Below, one piece after another: positions 48,860-60,870 of a stretch of DNA of 64,000 bases. A program made the translations under genes and the position numbers. The notes under the pieces were generated by a model. The model ran no database searches, was not told where the DNA came from, and saw only the letters and a list, made by a program, of their open reading frames with translations. Origin of the DNA: Octopus bimaculoides (lineage: Eukaryota); contig NC_068986.1 in assembly GCF_001194135.2 (NCBI RefSeq), forward strand, positions 76,307,602 through 76,371,601, in the 5' to 3' direction. The number at the start of each line of letters is the position of its first letter. Within the stretch, counting starts at the first letter, position 1.

Positions 48860-49625
48860 GAGAGCTGTGCAAGCCATATACAGAGATGCAGTCAGCAAAG
48901 AAAGTGAGGGTTGGAAATGATTTCAGTGAAGAATCTGGAGTGCAAGGAGGTATGCACCAGGGCTCAGTTCTTAGTCCCTTTCTGTTTTTTATTGTCTTCA
49001 AGTGGAGTTTAAAACCAGATGTCCATGAAAGCTGATGACCTAGTTCTTATAGCAGAGACTGTGAGAAATTTAGAGAAAATATTCCAGATGTTGAAACAAA
49101 ACCCAGAATCCAGATACCTCAGAGTAATCTTTGGAATGACTAAAGTTTTAGTAAATAGGAAAGAGGACGGGACACTGGTACGATTGGGGAAATGATTATG
49201 ATATGCAGAAAAGAAGTAGGTAGAAATTCCATGTATCTTATGTGATCTGTGAGTGCACAAGAGGTGTAGTGGAATCAAAGGTAAGGTAGGCTGACAGTGA
49301 ATAGAATTTTTCTGTGGTAAACATGCTGAAGTAGTGAACCCTTAGAGCAAGTAAAGTAAATTTCTTTGCAATGCTCAGAGGGCTCTAGAGGGTGTACTAA
49401 AAGAGTAGTGGCCAGAATTAGAAAAGGGTGGAAAAAATTCAGGGAGCTATTACCTCTACTGAGTAAGAGTTTCCCCTCTCCCAGTAAAGGGCATATTGTA
49501 CAGTGCATGTGTACAACCTGTGATACTGCATGGTAGTGAAATGTGGACAACGAATTCAGAGGATGTGCGAAGTTGGAAAGAAATGAGGTGAGCATGATCC
49601 ACTGGATGTGTGATGTTACTCTGCA
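48860..49625 (+). mobile_element. Decayed RTE LINE RT fragment with PHD-finger remnant
   Basis: HQGSVLSPFLF (48955-), ADDLVLIAE (49031-), TKVL, CRKEVGRNS..VHKRCSGIKG (49204-49281), WKKFRELLPLL (49429-). Confidence 0.8.
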
Positions 49626-49903
49626 AGAACAAGGCTTAATTTGAAAAGTTTGGCATTTATTTCCAAATGACTTGTTGACCAAATGTTTATTTATAGTTAT
49701 ATATTACCTATTCAAGCACACTTTCAATCTCAATGATCTCAGATAAAGATTAAGTTCATCATTTTCTCGTTTTTTTTTTTTTTTAATCACAAGCATTATT
49801 CCAATATACATCTGTTGAACAAACATTATCCCTTTGTGATATAACCTCACAATTTAAAACAAATTTCACAACTTATTGTATTTTCATGATTCTATTTTTG
49901 CAG

Positions 49904-50049
49904 AATGGAAACTTTCCAAGAGATGTGTTCTCAAATGTTACGCGAGTTCCATACATTATTGCAGCAAGCACACCCTACTATTACCAATGTCCGTATTCTT
50001 CAGCTAATGGCCATCAATATGTTTACTATTGAGAATACAACACTCAAAG
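49904..50049 (+). CDS. SMG6: SMG6 exon 10 (METFQEMCSQMLREFHTLLQ...RILQLMAINMFTIENTTLK-), ending at a GC donor
   Basis: Acceptor ttgcag| in phase 2. Matches human METF..LKEFQVLLQ..RMLQLMTINMF. The only phase-1 donor that keeps the conserved motif is AAG|GCAATG. Confidence 0.9.
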
Positions 50050-50144
50050 GCAATGAATATATATATTTTTTTATATTTTAATTTTAATATTTTTTCTTTT
50101 ATTAATATATTTTATTAATACTTTAGGCCTCATCGAGGCAATGA

Positions 50145-50776
50145 CTAGTAACCAAAACCTTTGGAAATATGCTGTGCGTGAGAAGACCCAGCAAGCCAAG
50201 TGAGACCATAACCCGTGGCCTTTGCCAGGGGTGTAACCAGCCCACTTATGCGTACCTTTCCTTCATTGGAAACTAAACTCTGCTTGTAAAGACCTGTTGA
50301 GACAAGTGAAATCGAAATCAAACCAAATTCGATGACTGGCACCTGTGCCAGTGGAGTGCTAACAGCACCATCCAAGCGTGATCATAGCCAGAGCAGTTGT
50401 TTGGCTTCCGTGCCAGTGGCACGTAAAAAGCACCATTTGAGCGTGATCATTACCAGCATTGCCTTACTGGCACATGAAAAAACATTCAAGCGAGTTGTTG
50501 CTAGTGCCGCTGGACTGGCTCCTGTGCGGGTGGCACGTAAAAAACACCATTTGAGCGTGGCCATTGCCAGTACCGCCTGACTGGCCCTCATGCCGGTGGC
50601 ATGTAAAAGCACCCACCACACTCTCGGAGTGGTTGGCATTAGGAAGGGCATCCAGCTGTAGAAACTCTCCAGATCAGATTGGAGCCTGGTGCAGCCATCT
50701 GGTTCACCAGTCCTCAGTCAAATCATCCAACCCATGCTAGCATGGAAAGCAGACGTTAAACGATGATGATGATGAT
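50145..50776 (+). mobile_element. RTE LINE 3' end: ORF2 terminus (LWKYAVREKTQQAK*) plus full 3'UTR with tandem modules and (GAT)n
   Basis: Translation of ~50155-50200 followed by the family tail. Confidence 0.8.
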
Positions 50777-51071
50777 TTGTCCAAGGTCATAACAGCATAT
50801 AACTACTGTTGAGCGTTTGTTATATGAAGGTGCATGGTTCAGTGGTTAGAGTGTCTGGCTTACAATTGTGAGGTTGTGAGTTCAATTCCCATTGAGCTGT
50901 GTGTGGTGTTCTTGAGCAAGACACTTTATTTCACATTGCTTCAGTTTATTCAGCTGTAGAAGTGAGTTGCAACGTCAATGGTTCCAAGTTGTATCGGCCT
51001 TTACCTTTTCCTTGGACGACATTGGTGGCATGGAGAGAGAAGACTGTTATGCATGGGAGTCTTTTATATTC

Positions 51072-51241
51072 TTTTATTCTTCTACTTGTTTCAGTCATTA
51101 GACTGTAACCATGCTAGGGCACTGCTTTAAAGAATTTTTTTTTAAGCCTGGTACTATTTTTATTGATATCTTTGCCAAACTGCTAAGTTGCAGGGATATA
51201 AATACACCAACACTGGTCGTTAAGCAGTGATGGAGGACAGA

Positions 51242-51291
<50 letters not shown>

Positions 51292-51466
51292 TATATGTAC
51301 ACACAATAGGCTTCTTTCAGTATCTGTGTATGAATTTCATTCACAAAGCTTTGGCTAGCCTGAAGTTATAATAGAAGACACTTGCCCAAGGTGTCATGCA
51401 GCAGGACTGAACCCAGAACTATGTGATTGGGAAGCAAGCTTCTTACCACACAGCCCTGCCTGTGCC
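51072..51466 (-). mobile_element. SINE family B
   Basis: Family B tail and head on the minus strand with internal (CA)n. Confidence 0.75.
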
Positions 51467-54112
51467 TACTATATATATATATAATGATGATGGCAGTTTC
51501 TTCATGTCTAAAGTTATGAAGAAGAGCAGCATGCCCTCAAGTGGCTATGTAAATTGATCCTTGATGCTGCAGAGCTTTTCTTTCTGCCTGCACTTAGTAG
51601 TTTTAAATTGAGAGTCAGTCTGCACAATCTGATCCCACTCTTTAGACTTGGATATCTAACCCCAGTGGCTCAGTGGGCTAAGGTGGTTGTAGTGGCCAAC
51701 AAACAATAGGTTTTGCATTGGAGTGGCTTTCTCCTAGATGAATTGTCTTGTTGTCCTGGAGAGCTGAACATACCCTGAAGTTACTGGAAGGGTGTCAGAC
51801 TCCACTCTTTGCAATTTGCTGTCGAGGTTGACAGCCTTTTCCTTCCCCAAGGCAGTGAGGGTTTGTACTTGGAGTTTCTTCTGTAACATGCTAATTAACC
51901 CATAGCTGTGACTCTGACAGGCGCCAGTACTATGGATCAAGAGTAGACCTAGGAGCAATAGTGACTAAGAGGTCATTCCACACTTCTCTCAAAAACCTGA
52001 AACTTCTGAATCAGGACCCCACTATCAGATGTAACTTAAAGTCATACCCAGGACAACTATCTATCCAGCTGTCTATTTATCTATCTATATGTGTGTGTGT
52101 CACCACTCTGCCAGGTGGTTGGCATTAGGAAGGACATCCAGCTGTAAAAACCATGCCAAAAGAGAAACAGAGGTCTGGTGTAGGCTTATGCCTGGTCAGT
52201 TCCTGTCAAACCATCCAACCCATGCCAGCATGGAAGGCAGATGTTAAACAATGATGACATATATATAGCAACTTATATGAACTCCTTGCAGCAGCATGCC
52301 CCTGACACCTTGTGTTTTTGTTTACATTTAACTCAACACAGTGATTGTACTTCAACTGTTTCTATTTTAGGTTTGTTTCATTTATTTTTAATTCTGCTTC
52401 GCTTGCATACATGAATTATGTAATCTGTATTTTGATATTTGCATATGACTTAATCGGAACAAGTGTTTTTTGAGCTTTCTTTTCCAACTGCTTAGCTAAA
52501 TACTGAAAGTATGATAAGGAACTGTGCTTAAATGCATATCATCAGACTTGTGGAGCATTGATTTACTCTGCAGTTAATTAGTTCACATTTTTTTACGTAT
52601 GATTTACCTTGCTATCATAAATTTTATCCATTTAGATGTACTTGGAAGATATTTTATGATGAGATGAAATATAAGCTGCTCATATTGTGTAGCTTGGTAA
52701 TGTAAAGCAATTAACAACATTCTATTTCCATCAGTTCACATAGCAATGTAAATGTATTGTTTGTTAATTAATCTAATTTAAGGATAATTACACAGGCAAG
52801 TTGAAGGATATGAACGGTTTGAGAGAAACAATTTGGTTCGCTTTTTTTAATTAAAGAAAAATAAAACCTAATTAGCAATGAATTGCTCACCAATATACTT
52901 CAATCTCTAGCCAACAAATATGCTATCTTCTCACTCTGCTGCTACAATGACCTCTGCTCATGTTTTTCTTGCAGTCATCAGCTTGCAGTTTATCAAGATG
53001 GACATCAACCGTATTGATCTCATAAAGCCTGCCAGTGTAATGTCATGGCTGGAGCTCTTTCCTCTTGACTAAACCTTTAAAAAAATACACAATGCTAATT
53101 ACATCTACTTTGCCATATTGGCTATGTTTATATATATGAGGAAGGTATGTTGTATAAAAGATTAAGTAGAAGTCTTCAAAACCTCCTAATCGCTTTGCAT
53201 TGGGGCTTATACACAGAATGTATTAATTCTATATATAATTTTTTCCGTTATTTCCCTTCATTATTCAAACTTTACTTTTAACTATGTTTCACTGTCGGTC
53301 TCTCTGTCTCTAGTTTTATATTATTTGAGAGAAAGCGTTTTTTTAATAATTGAATTACACACAGACACACACTTATGTGCAGGCATGGCTGTGTGTTAAT
53401 AAGTTCACTTTGGAACTACATGGTTAGAAATTTGGTACCACTCTCTAGATGCTGTTGACTGGCATTCTACACTGTAGACACAGTTTGACCATTTCATTGT
53501 GATGGAAACTGAAGAAGCCTCTCATATGTATTATGTATATTTGTGTGAATGAGTTCATATTCCCTACCTCATCTTCATATGCATTTGCTGACTGTAAACA
53601 ATAGACTCAATGTTCATACAGACAGTGTTCCAGGTTTCTTGACATGTTGGGTGAGCATTGTTACAAATAGGCTCATTTAAAAAGTGCTGTTTGTTCCAGT
53701 TCTTCACATAACCCTGTTTGTGTTGTTTGTTGCTTAATAGACTAGGAGATTATTACCTTGCTTGGAAACAAACGATTGGCACCAGGAAGTGTATCCAGCC
53801 ACAGAAATTTGGCTCCACTGTAGTATTGTCTGATGATGATGCTATATATCATGTTCATATTGTCCATGTTCACATGGGTTTTGACAGTTTTACATAACAC
53901 TGTGTCTTCTACAATAGTTCATTTCTTTGACCAGTTTTTTTTATATTTTAGGTTCCAACATTATACTAAATTAAGTCATGAATTATTAGTTTGAAGTGTC
54001 ATTTTATTCATGTGCACCCACTAGTTATAGCAGCTATTGAATGTAAACTTCTGCAAAAAAATCATGAGCAGAGGACATTCAGAGCAACCTCATCAATTAT
54101 ATTAAGCTGTTC

Positions 54113-54500
54113 ATCATCATCATCATCATCATCGTTTAACGTCTGCTTTCCATGCTAGCATGGGTTGGATGATTTGACTGAGGACTGGTGAACCAGATGG
54201 CTACACCAGGCTCCAATCTGATATGGCAGAGTTTCTACAGCTGGATGCCCTTCCTAATGCCAACCACTCCGAGAATGTAGTGGGTGCTTTTACATGCCAC
54301 CGGCACGAAGGCCAGTCAGGCAGTACTGGCAACAGCCACGCTCAAAATGGTGTATTTTACGTGCCACCTGCACAGGAGCCAGTCCAGCGGCACTGGCAAC
54401 GATCTCGCTCGAATGTCTTTACATGTGTCACCGGCACAGGTGCCATCACGATTTCACTGATGGCACCTGTGCCCAGCGTCACCTTCCTGGCACTCATATG
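54113..54500 (-). mobile_element. RTE 3'UTR/tail copy
   Basis: (CAT)n tail plus tandem modules. Confidence 0.75.
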
Positions 54501-54657
54501 GAGAAAAGTTTTAGAAGTAAGAAAATGAACTTAAATAGAATATGAAACCATTTATCATACATTAAAAAATAAACTATTAATTACCTTCTTAAATACGGTA
54601 TGAAAACAATTTTTTCTTTTTTATTAATTTTGTTTAATTTTCACTTTGTTGTTCTAG

Positions 54658-54916
54658 GTGACCATAAAGATGATGAGGACTGCCGTTTGTTACTTCAAGA
54701 ATATGCAGTACAATTAGGCCTTGATATGTTTGCTATTTTAGTTGACCGATGTGCTGAACTATTGCATAATCATTTGCAGTGTGAAAATTCTGCTCGAGAG
54801 ATTTTGAGTTACACGCTAAGTCACTATGTTCCAGCAGTAAAAGTTTGGACAGACTGGATGATTTGTCACTTACAGTTGTGGATGCCTCAACACTGTGTAA
54901 AAAACTTTGATCTCGG
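54658..54916 (+). CDS. SMG6: SMG6 exon 11 (GDHKDDEDCRLLLQEYAVQLGLDMFAILVDRC...PAVKVWTDWM...LW.P)
   Basis: Acceptor ttctag| in phase 1, donor GG|GTGAGT in phase 2. Matches human QEQAAALGLAMFSLLVRRC and PSVKVWSDWM. Confidence 0.94.
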
Positions 54917-55186
54917 GTGAGTTTTATCTTGAATAATTCAGCTCTCTGTTATAGATGCTTTTGTGTTTGTATTTTACTTTTGATTTCTAATTTTTACTAA
55001 AGCTATGATAAAATAAACATCAGCTTTGTAATAAAATCAGAACAAGTATATATTTTTGTGTACATACCACATTAACATATTGTGTGCATAGCACTTTAAC
55101 ACACAATATATATTATTATATATAGCATCTTAACACAGCATATATTATATAATTGTCTACATAGCATTTTAAAATATATATATTAT

Positions 55187-55815
55187 ACTAGCAGAGATAC
55201 CCGGCCTTGATCGGGATTAAAATGGCATGGTTTTTTTATTGTTTTATTTCTTTCTGTCATGTGACTGTGGCCATGCTGGCGCACTGCCATTGGTCGAACA
55301 AATCGAACACAGGATTTATTCTTTGTAAGCCTAGTACTTATTCTATTAGAGTCTTTTGCCAAACTGCTAAGTTATGGGAACATAAACACAGCAACATTGG
55401 TTGTCAATCAATGGTGGGAGTACACACACACACACATGTACGAAATCCACTCACAAGGCTTTAATATGCATATATACTATAATATATATATGTATATATA
55501 TATATATATATTTACTATATATACTAGTATATATGTGGATATATACTACAATATGTATATAAACTAGCAGAGATACCCGGCATTGCTCAGGCTATAAAAT
55601 GGCATAGTTTTTATTGCTTTACTTGTTTCGGTCATGTGACTGTTAACATGCTGGAGCACTGTCTTTAGTTGAAGAAATTGACCCCAGAATTGATTCTTTC
55701 TAAACCTAGTACTTATTCTATCGCAGTGTTTTGCCAAGCGGCTAAGTTATGGGATGCAAACACAGTAATGTCGGTTGTCAAGCGATGGCAGGGGTACAAA
55801 CACACACACACACAC
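55187..55815 (-). mobile_element. Two tandem units, each a family B SINE followed by a Helitron-like 3' terminus (hairpin + CTAG|T)
   Basis: Minus-strand CCCGATCAAGGCCGGG-TATCTCTG-CTAG|T at 55187-55215 and CCTGAGCAATGCCGGG-TATCTCTG-CTAG|T at 55563-55591. Confidence 0.6.
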
Positions 55816-55825
55816 TCCTCCGTAT

Positions 55826-55863
55826 TCTTTCTGTTGAAGAGCGTAGGCTCGAAACGTTAAAGA
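55826..55863 (+). ncRNA. Minimal type I hammerhead-ribozyme-like motif (Penelope-type), with a variant core
   Basis: Stem I TCTTT/AAAGA; core CTGTTGA plus an extra A; stem II GAGC-GTAG-GCTC; GAAA; palindromic stem III ACGT; UH = TT. A6 of the canonical CUGANGA is U here. Confidence 0.5.
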
Positions 55864-55953
55864 CTTTCCGTATTCCCAAGCGTCAAACTAATACATCCTT
55901 TTGTTGTTTACACCACCTGTCCTCGTCTGTTGTTGTTTTTTTCGTACATTCTC

Positions 55954-56025
<72 letters not shown>

Positions 56026-57648
56026 ATACATATATATATATACATGTATATACATATATACACATGTATATACATATATATATATATACATGTATATATA
56101 TGTATATAAAAATATATGCATGTATATATATGCGTGTGTGTGTGTATATATATATTTTTATATATATAGTTTTAGGGAAAGGAACCAAGGTTCATGAACT
56201 CATCAATGAAAATCCACTGTCACATATAGAAAAACTAATAAGTAAAAGCACAATAAATAAGTATAATATAATACAAAGTAAATATCATAAGATAATGATA
56301 ATAAAACGACTACACGTGTTTCATAACCAATTTTGAAATAGAAAGAATATTTAAATCGATTAAAACTATTAAAAATCAATTCTATTCAAAAATATAGCTA
56401 ATCTTCAGATCAAAATACAACAATAATAATAATAAAAGAATGTATATTTCTCATGTTCAAGAAAATAAGGTGTAATTTAAGGAAGATCTGCCTATTATTT
56501 CTAATTGGTCAAGTAACTGTGTAGCAACCCTCTTGTTGCTTTGTTGTTGATTTGTGTTTGCCAGTCCGAGATTCACACAATACAACCGTTCTGCCAGTAA
56601 CTTTCCTCTAACCAACATTAAGGTGATTGCAGCAACTACAAATGATCTACCAACATCATCTTAATATCTCTTTACTCAATAACCTCAATCATAGATTCCA
56701 TGAAGACTAATCTGTTGGAAACCTATTCTAAAACCTTTGGTGAGTGAAAGCAAGGTTGTTGCTCTTAATAGTAGCCAAGCTTGTTAGAGTGTAACATTGC
56801 ATAAGTTGAGATTTCTAACACTTTTGTTATTAATAACTTACTTTGTCATCTCTATTATCTTCACACTAGTATTGTGTGTATACAATTTCACTCATCCCCC
56901 ACTAAATATTCACATTCTTTCACAACAACCCTACAAATATCTTTCAATGGTGACCTCATCACTTGGTCTTGTTTAGCAGTGCCAAAACACAAACACTAAA
57001 ACTTTTAAGAAAAGAAAGCCTTAATATCACACCTCCTCTAGCCATGAACAACTGATATCAATACTCTATACATATATATCAACTGATATCAATACTCTAT
57101 ACATATGTTGGATGTTTGACAATATCTAAGAACTTCTTATGGGAGTCTTACATTCTTTACATATCCCACACTAGTTATCAAAGTCTACCTTTATTTTCAA
57201 GGGTTCAGCAGATATTTTCACTCTAAACAGTTGATAACGCTTTACAAAGCCCAAATACTCATAGAACTAGACTACTAATCATATTTATAATGGTGCATAT
57301 GTACATGCATAAAAGCATGATATAAGCAACTACCCTACTAATAAATAATCTCACATTAATCCTTTCTGACCAATTTCTCATCATTAAACTGTGTTGTTTT
57401 TTGTCTCATCTTACTTTTACTGCAAAAAGCCATTTCAACTTTTGTTAACATGTAGCACATTTCAGATCCACTTTGTGTACTTGCTTCTCCATCATATGTC
57501 TTTTCTCCAGTCATGTCTTTCTTCCCTTACACTGTACCAAACAGTTTGTCCCTTTCTTCACAACACTTGAATTTAAATACATTAATGTTACCTGGTTGTC
57601 TTTTAGTCTGGTCGAGCTAATAAAGTCTATGAATGCTGGATATCCTCT

Positions 57649-57858
57649 TTAACATTTCAGCATTTAAACTGGCCATATCCGGCCCAAATATTCTTCCTGT
57701 TTTATGTTCAAAAGTAACCAGATCTGACCTCTTACACTTACCCTACGATGTCATTCTTAAAGTAAACAATCACATCATTGAAATCTCAAAGCTACGAGAT
57801 AATGCATGAGTAATTCAAAATAACATTTGATAGAGTAATCTGAATGCTAAAGGATTAA
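57649..57858. mobile_element. piggyBac-like MITE (reverse orientation relative to 30695)
   Basis: TTAA...CTGAATGCTAAAGGA-TTAA. Confidence 0.65.
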
Positions 57859-58541
57859 ATTTACAAAAGAATTTAAAAATCATACATTTACGCCTTAACT
57901 TGATCAGTGTCATGATATTTTAGACCATTACTGGTACTGGCTCATTATCATTGACATTAATTGAAGCCGCTCTCTGAGAATTTCAACTAATTCAATTTAT
58001 GCAGCTTGGAGTCAGACTTGCACCATCTCCTCTTAGCTACCGTCATAGCCTTCTGTCATATAGAGACAAATTGTATGTATGACTATCTGGTTGCTACACT
58101 TCACCTCTGAACACTAATCTCTGTATATCAGAGTGCATTCTTCTCTGATCAGACTGAAGCAAGGAATATCTGGACTGTAACCCTAACCAGGTAAATCTCT
58201 GTCTTGAAGGGTACTACTTAACTAATCTAAATGTTACCACTACCTTACTTCAGTTTAGAAACTGACAATACATTAGACTGTAGTCTATAGTAGGTTCTGA
58301 AGAAACTAGTGATAATCTGTATCAGCTACAGGTAATACAAATATTTCAAACATGGAATAAATTTCATTCCATGAAACCTTATTGTGTACATCAGTCTAAC
58401 TTTTCCTAACACAGATGTGAAAAAAGCTCCAATTTCTATTTCCAGGCTTCTAGTGTCTCATGCCTCATCTAAGTAAAAAAAAAGTATATTGTAAGAGGGT
58501 TTTTTTTCCTATTTTAATCATTTCCTTTTTTTTTATTTCAG

Positions 58542-58639
58542 TGCTAACGTTGATGTGTGGGAGGCGCTGGCTAAGCTATGCAATGTTCTCAAACAAGTAG
58601 ATATCTCTCATGTGCGACTTTATAAGGACAAGCGTGAAA
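58542..58639 (+). CDS. SMG6: SMG6 exon 12 (ANVDVWEALAKLCNVLKQVDISHVRLYKDKRE)
   Basis: Acceptor tttcag|, donor A|GTAAAT, phases 2/1. Matches human VDVWSTLADFCNIL...VPLYKD. Confidence 0.92.
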
Positions 58640-58864
58640 GTAAATATTAATTTAAACTATTATATGAAACTAACCATTGAATATATTCTTCCATATCAAT
58701 CTTGGATGTTTTATATTTTATTACAACCTGTGTATGTATGATACCATCATGATGTGCATTGTTATGATGATGCTAATATGATGTATAAGTGGGGGCAGTT
58801 GTTGTATTAAAAGACAGTGAGCTGGCATAATCATTAGCACACCAGACAAAATACTTACATACAT

Positions 58865-59014
58865 TGTAGCTAAAGAGTCTGTTCCTTGCAGTATTGAGGG
58901 AGCTGGAGATAGTGCCAAGCTGTATCAGCCCAAGTCAGCAATATTTCCCTTGGATAAACAACAGTGGCATGAAGAGGGGGGATTTGCATGCATGAGCAAC
59001 TGCTAGTCTTCTTC
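58865..59014 (+). repeat. ~150-bp direct repeat, copy 1 (SINE 3'-part-like)
   Basis: About 7 mismatches by eye against 60720-60870. Confidence 0.85.
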
Positions 59015-59125
59015 ATAAATAGCTTTCCCAGTATTTTCCTGAGTTCAGATATCATCAAAGTCAACTTTGCCTTTAATCCTTTTCGGGTTGATAGAATAAG
59101 TACCAGTTGGGCACTGGGGTCGGTG

Positions 59126-59347
59126 TACAATGGGGGTGCTAAAAAGTTCTTGGCTTTGGTTAAAAGAAAATACAGGAGGATCAGTTAATTATGATTTTAT
59201 TCAACATGTTCCTCTCTCAGATTCACACACTTATTGCAGTGGTCCTTCAGTTTTTCTAAGCCCTGTAAAAGAACTTGGAAGGTTGGACCTCCAACTAGGC
59301 CTTTCACACCACCCTAAAAGCCAGGATGTTTATAGCACCCACTCATA
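59126..59347 (+). mobile_element. Mariner-type MITE inserted at a TA inside a family C SINE
   Basis: TIRs (TA)CAATGGGGGTGCTAAAAAGTTCTTGGCTTT and AAAGCCAGGATGTTTATAGCACCCACTCA(TA). Removing it restores the SINE sequence GGGGTCGGTG-TA-ATTGACT. Confidence 0.8.
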
Positions 59348-60342
59348 ATTGACTAACACCCCTCTTAAAATTGCTGGCCTTATGCTAAAATCTGAAACCC
59401 TTATTTGTGTATTATGCATTTTACTGCTGTTCATGTTTTATATTAAGTGCAGATAATGGGTTTATGTTACTTTAATAATAGTCCCATTTAGAATTGTTTG
59501 AGTAGATTTCTAATATGGTGGGACATAATCTAACATTATGAAGTTATCCAAAATACATGATACTCTAGTTTTATTTAAACCATGTTTCACACTCTCCTAC
59601 ATTATTTGGTTATATTGAGTCCAATCTAAAGCTATTCGATCAGGTTTGTTGGTTTGGTATGTTTCGATGTTGAGCAAGGTGGATTTGGGTGGTGCCTTAG
59701 TGCAGAGGGTGAATAATGACTGACAGTCTATACCTGGAGAGGAAACTGATGTTGCAGCTGTATTTGCATGTTGTATTATTTATCATGATCAGATAGGAAA
59801 GGACTACATATATTGAAACAAACTGTGATCTTGAATATCTGGCATTTTGTTTGGCATGGGTTATATTACTGAGTATGTGTGTGTGTATGATGACTTGATA
59901 TTAATGATGATATTCTGCATTGTACAACCATTCTATCTATTCCATTATGAGAAAAACTGAAGTTAAAAGAACAGTAGTTGGGATGCTGTTGCCATTTTTA
60001 CTGTATTTGCAATATTTTAAGATTAGAATTTCAGGCAGCACATTAGCACAGGAGATAAAATGCTTGGCGGCATTTTGTCTGTCAGCACGTTCAGAGTTCA
60101 AATTCCACTGGGGGTCAACTTTGCCATTCATCCCTTTCAGGGACAATAAAATAAGTACTAGTTGAGTACTGGGGTTGATATAATCAACTTAACTTCTCCC
60201 CCGAAATTGCTGGGCTTGTGCTAAAATTTGAAGCCAGTATTTTAAGATTAGAGTTTATCTAGTTTTATTTTTTGTACAGATGTCCTTTTTAACCTGACAA
60301 AGCTATTCACTAATTTAATTTCTATCATCTCTTTACCTCTAG

Positions 60343-60446
60343 ATTGTGAACCTGTTATTCTAAGTGAAGATACAATGTTGTGTGGGTTTGTACCATTATT
60401 GAGTGCTCCGTTCAACCCTACCTATGTTCATTCTACTGTTGATAAG
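60343..60446 (+). CDS. SMG6: SMG6 exon 13 (CEPVILSEDTMLCGFVPLLSAPFNPTYVHSTVDK)
   Basis: Acceptor ctctag|, donor AAG|GTAAGT, phases 1/0. Contains the conserved L.ED..L.GFVPLL motif. Confidence 0.94.
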
Positions 60447-60719
60447 GTAAGTATCAACATCAAGCCTTATTTATATCTTTTATTCAGTCTACACAGCTTC
60501 TTTAAAACCTCTGACTATTTCTATCTTGATACAGGAGGTTGAACTGGTTATCTTTATGAAAAGAAAAATCAAAAAAACTTCAGTTTCATGCTTTTACAAT
60601 TTCACAATTGTGTTGCCAGTAATCAATGTCTGTTGTATTTATTTGTTTCTCAATAGTACATACACTGCAGCTGAAGAGGTGCATATACTATACAGTAGAA
60701 CATACAATAATACACACAC

Positions 60720-60870
60720 TGTAGCTAAAGAGTCTGTTCCATGCAGTATTGAGGGAGCTGGAGATAGTGCCAAGCTGTATCCGCCCAAGTCAGCAATATT
60801 TCCCTTGGATAAACAACAGTGGCATGAAGAGGGGAGATTTGCATGCGTAAGCAATTGCTGGTCTTCTTCA
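60720..60870 (+). repeat. ~150-bp direct repeat, copy 2
   Basis: See 58865-59014. Confidence 0.85.

Noticed and set aside
55749-56336. Long ORFs rich in YI/CV/HT (also 945-1127, 13489-13785, 21045-21470, 29860-30161)
   Set aside because: Artefacts of translating (TA)n/(TG)n/(CA)n microsatellites.
56296-56340. Minus-strand GAAACACGTGTAG (GAAA plus palindrome) in Penelope-like AT-rich sequence
   Set aside because: No CUGANGA half or stem II upstream, so no ribozyme can be drawn.
57400-57600. Possible Copia-like gag zinc-knuckle remnant on the minus strand (FKCCEERDKLFGTV)
   Set aside because: Too degenerate, and no other Copia motif was found nearby.
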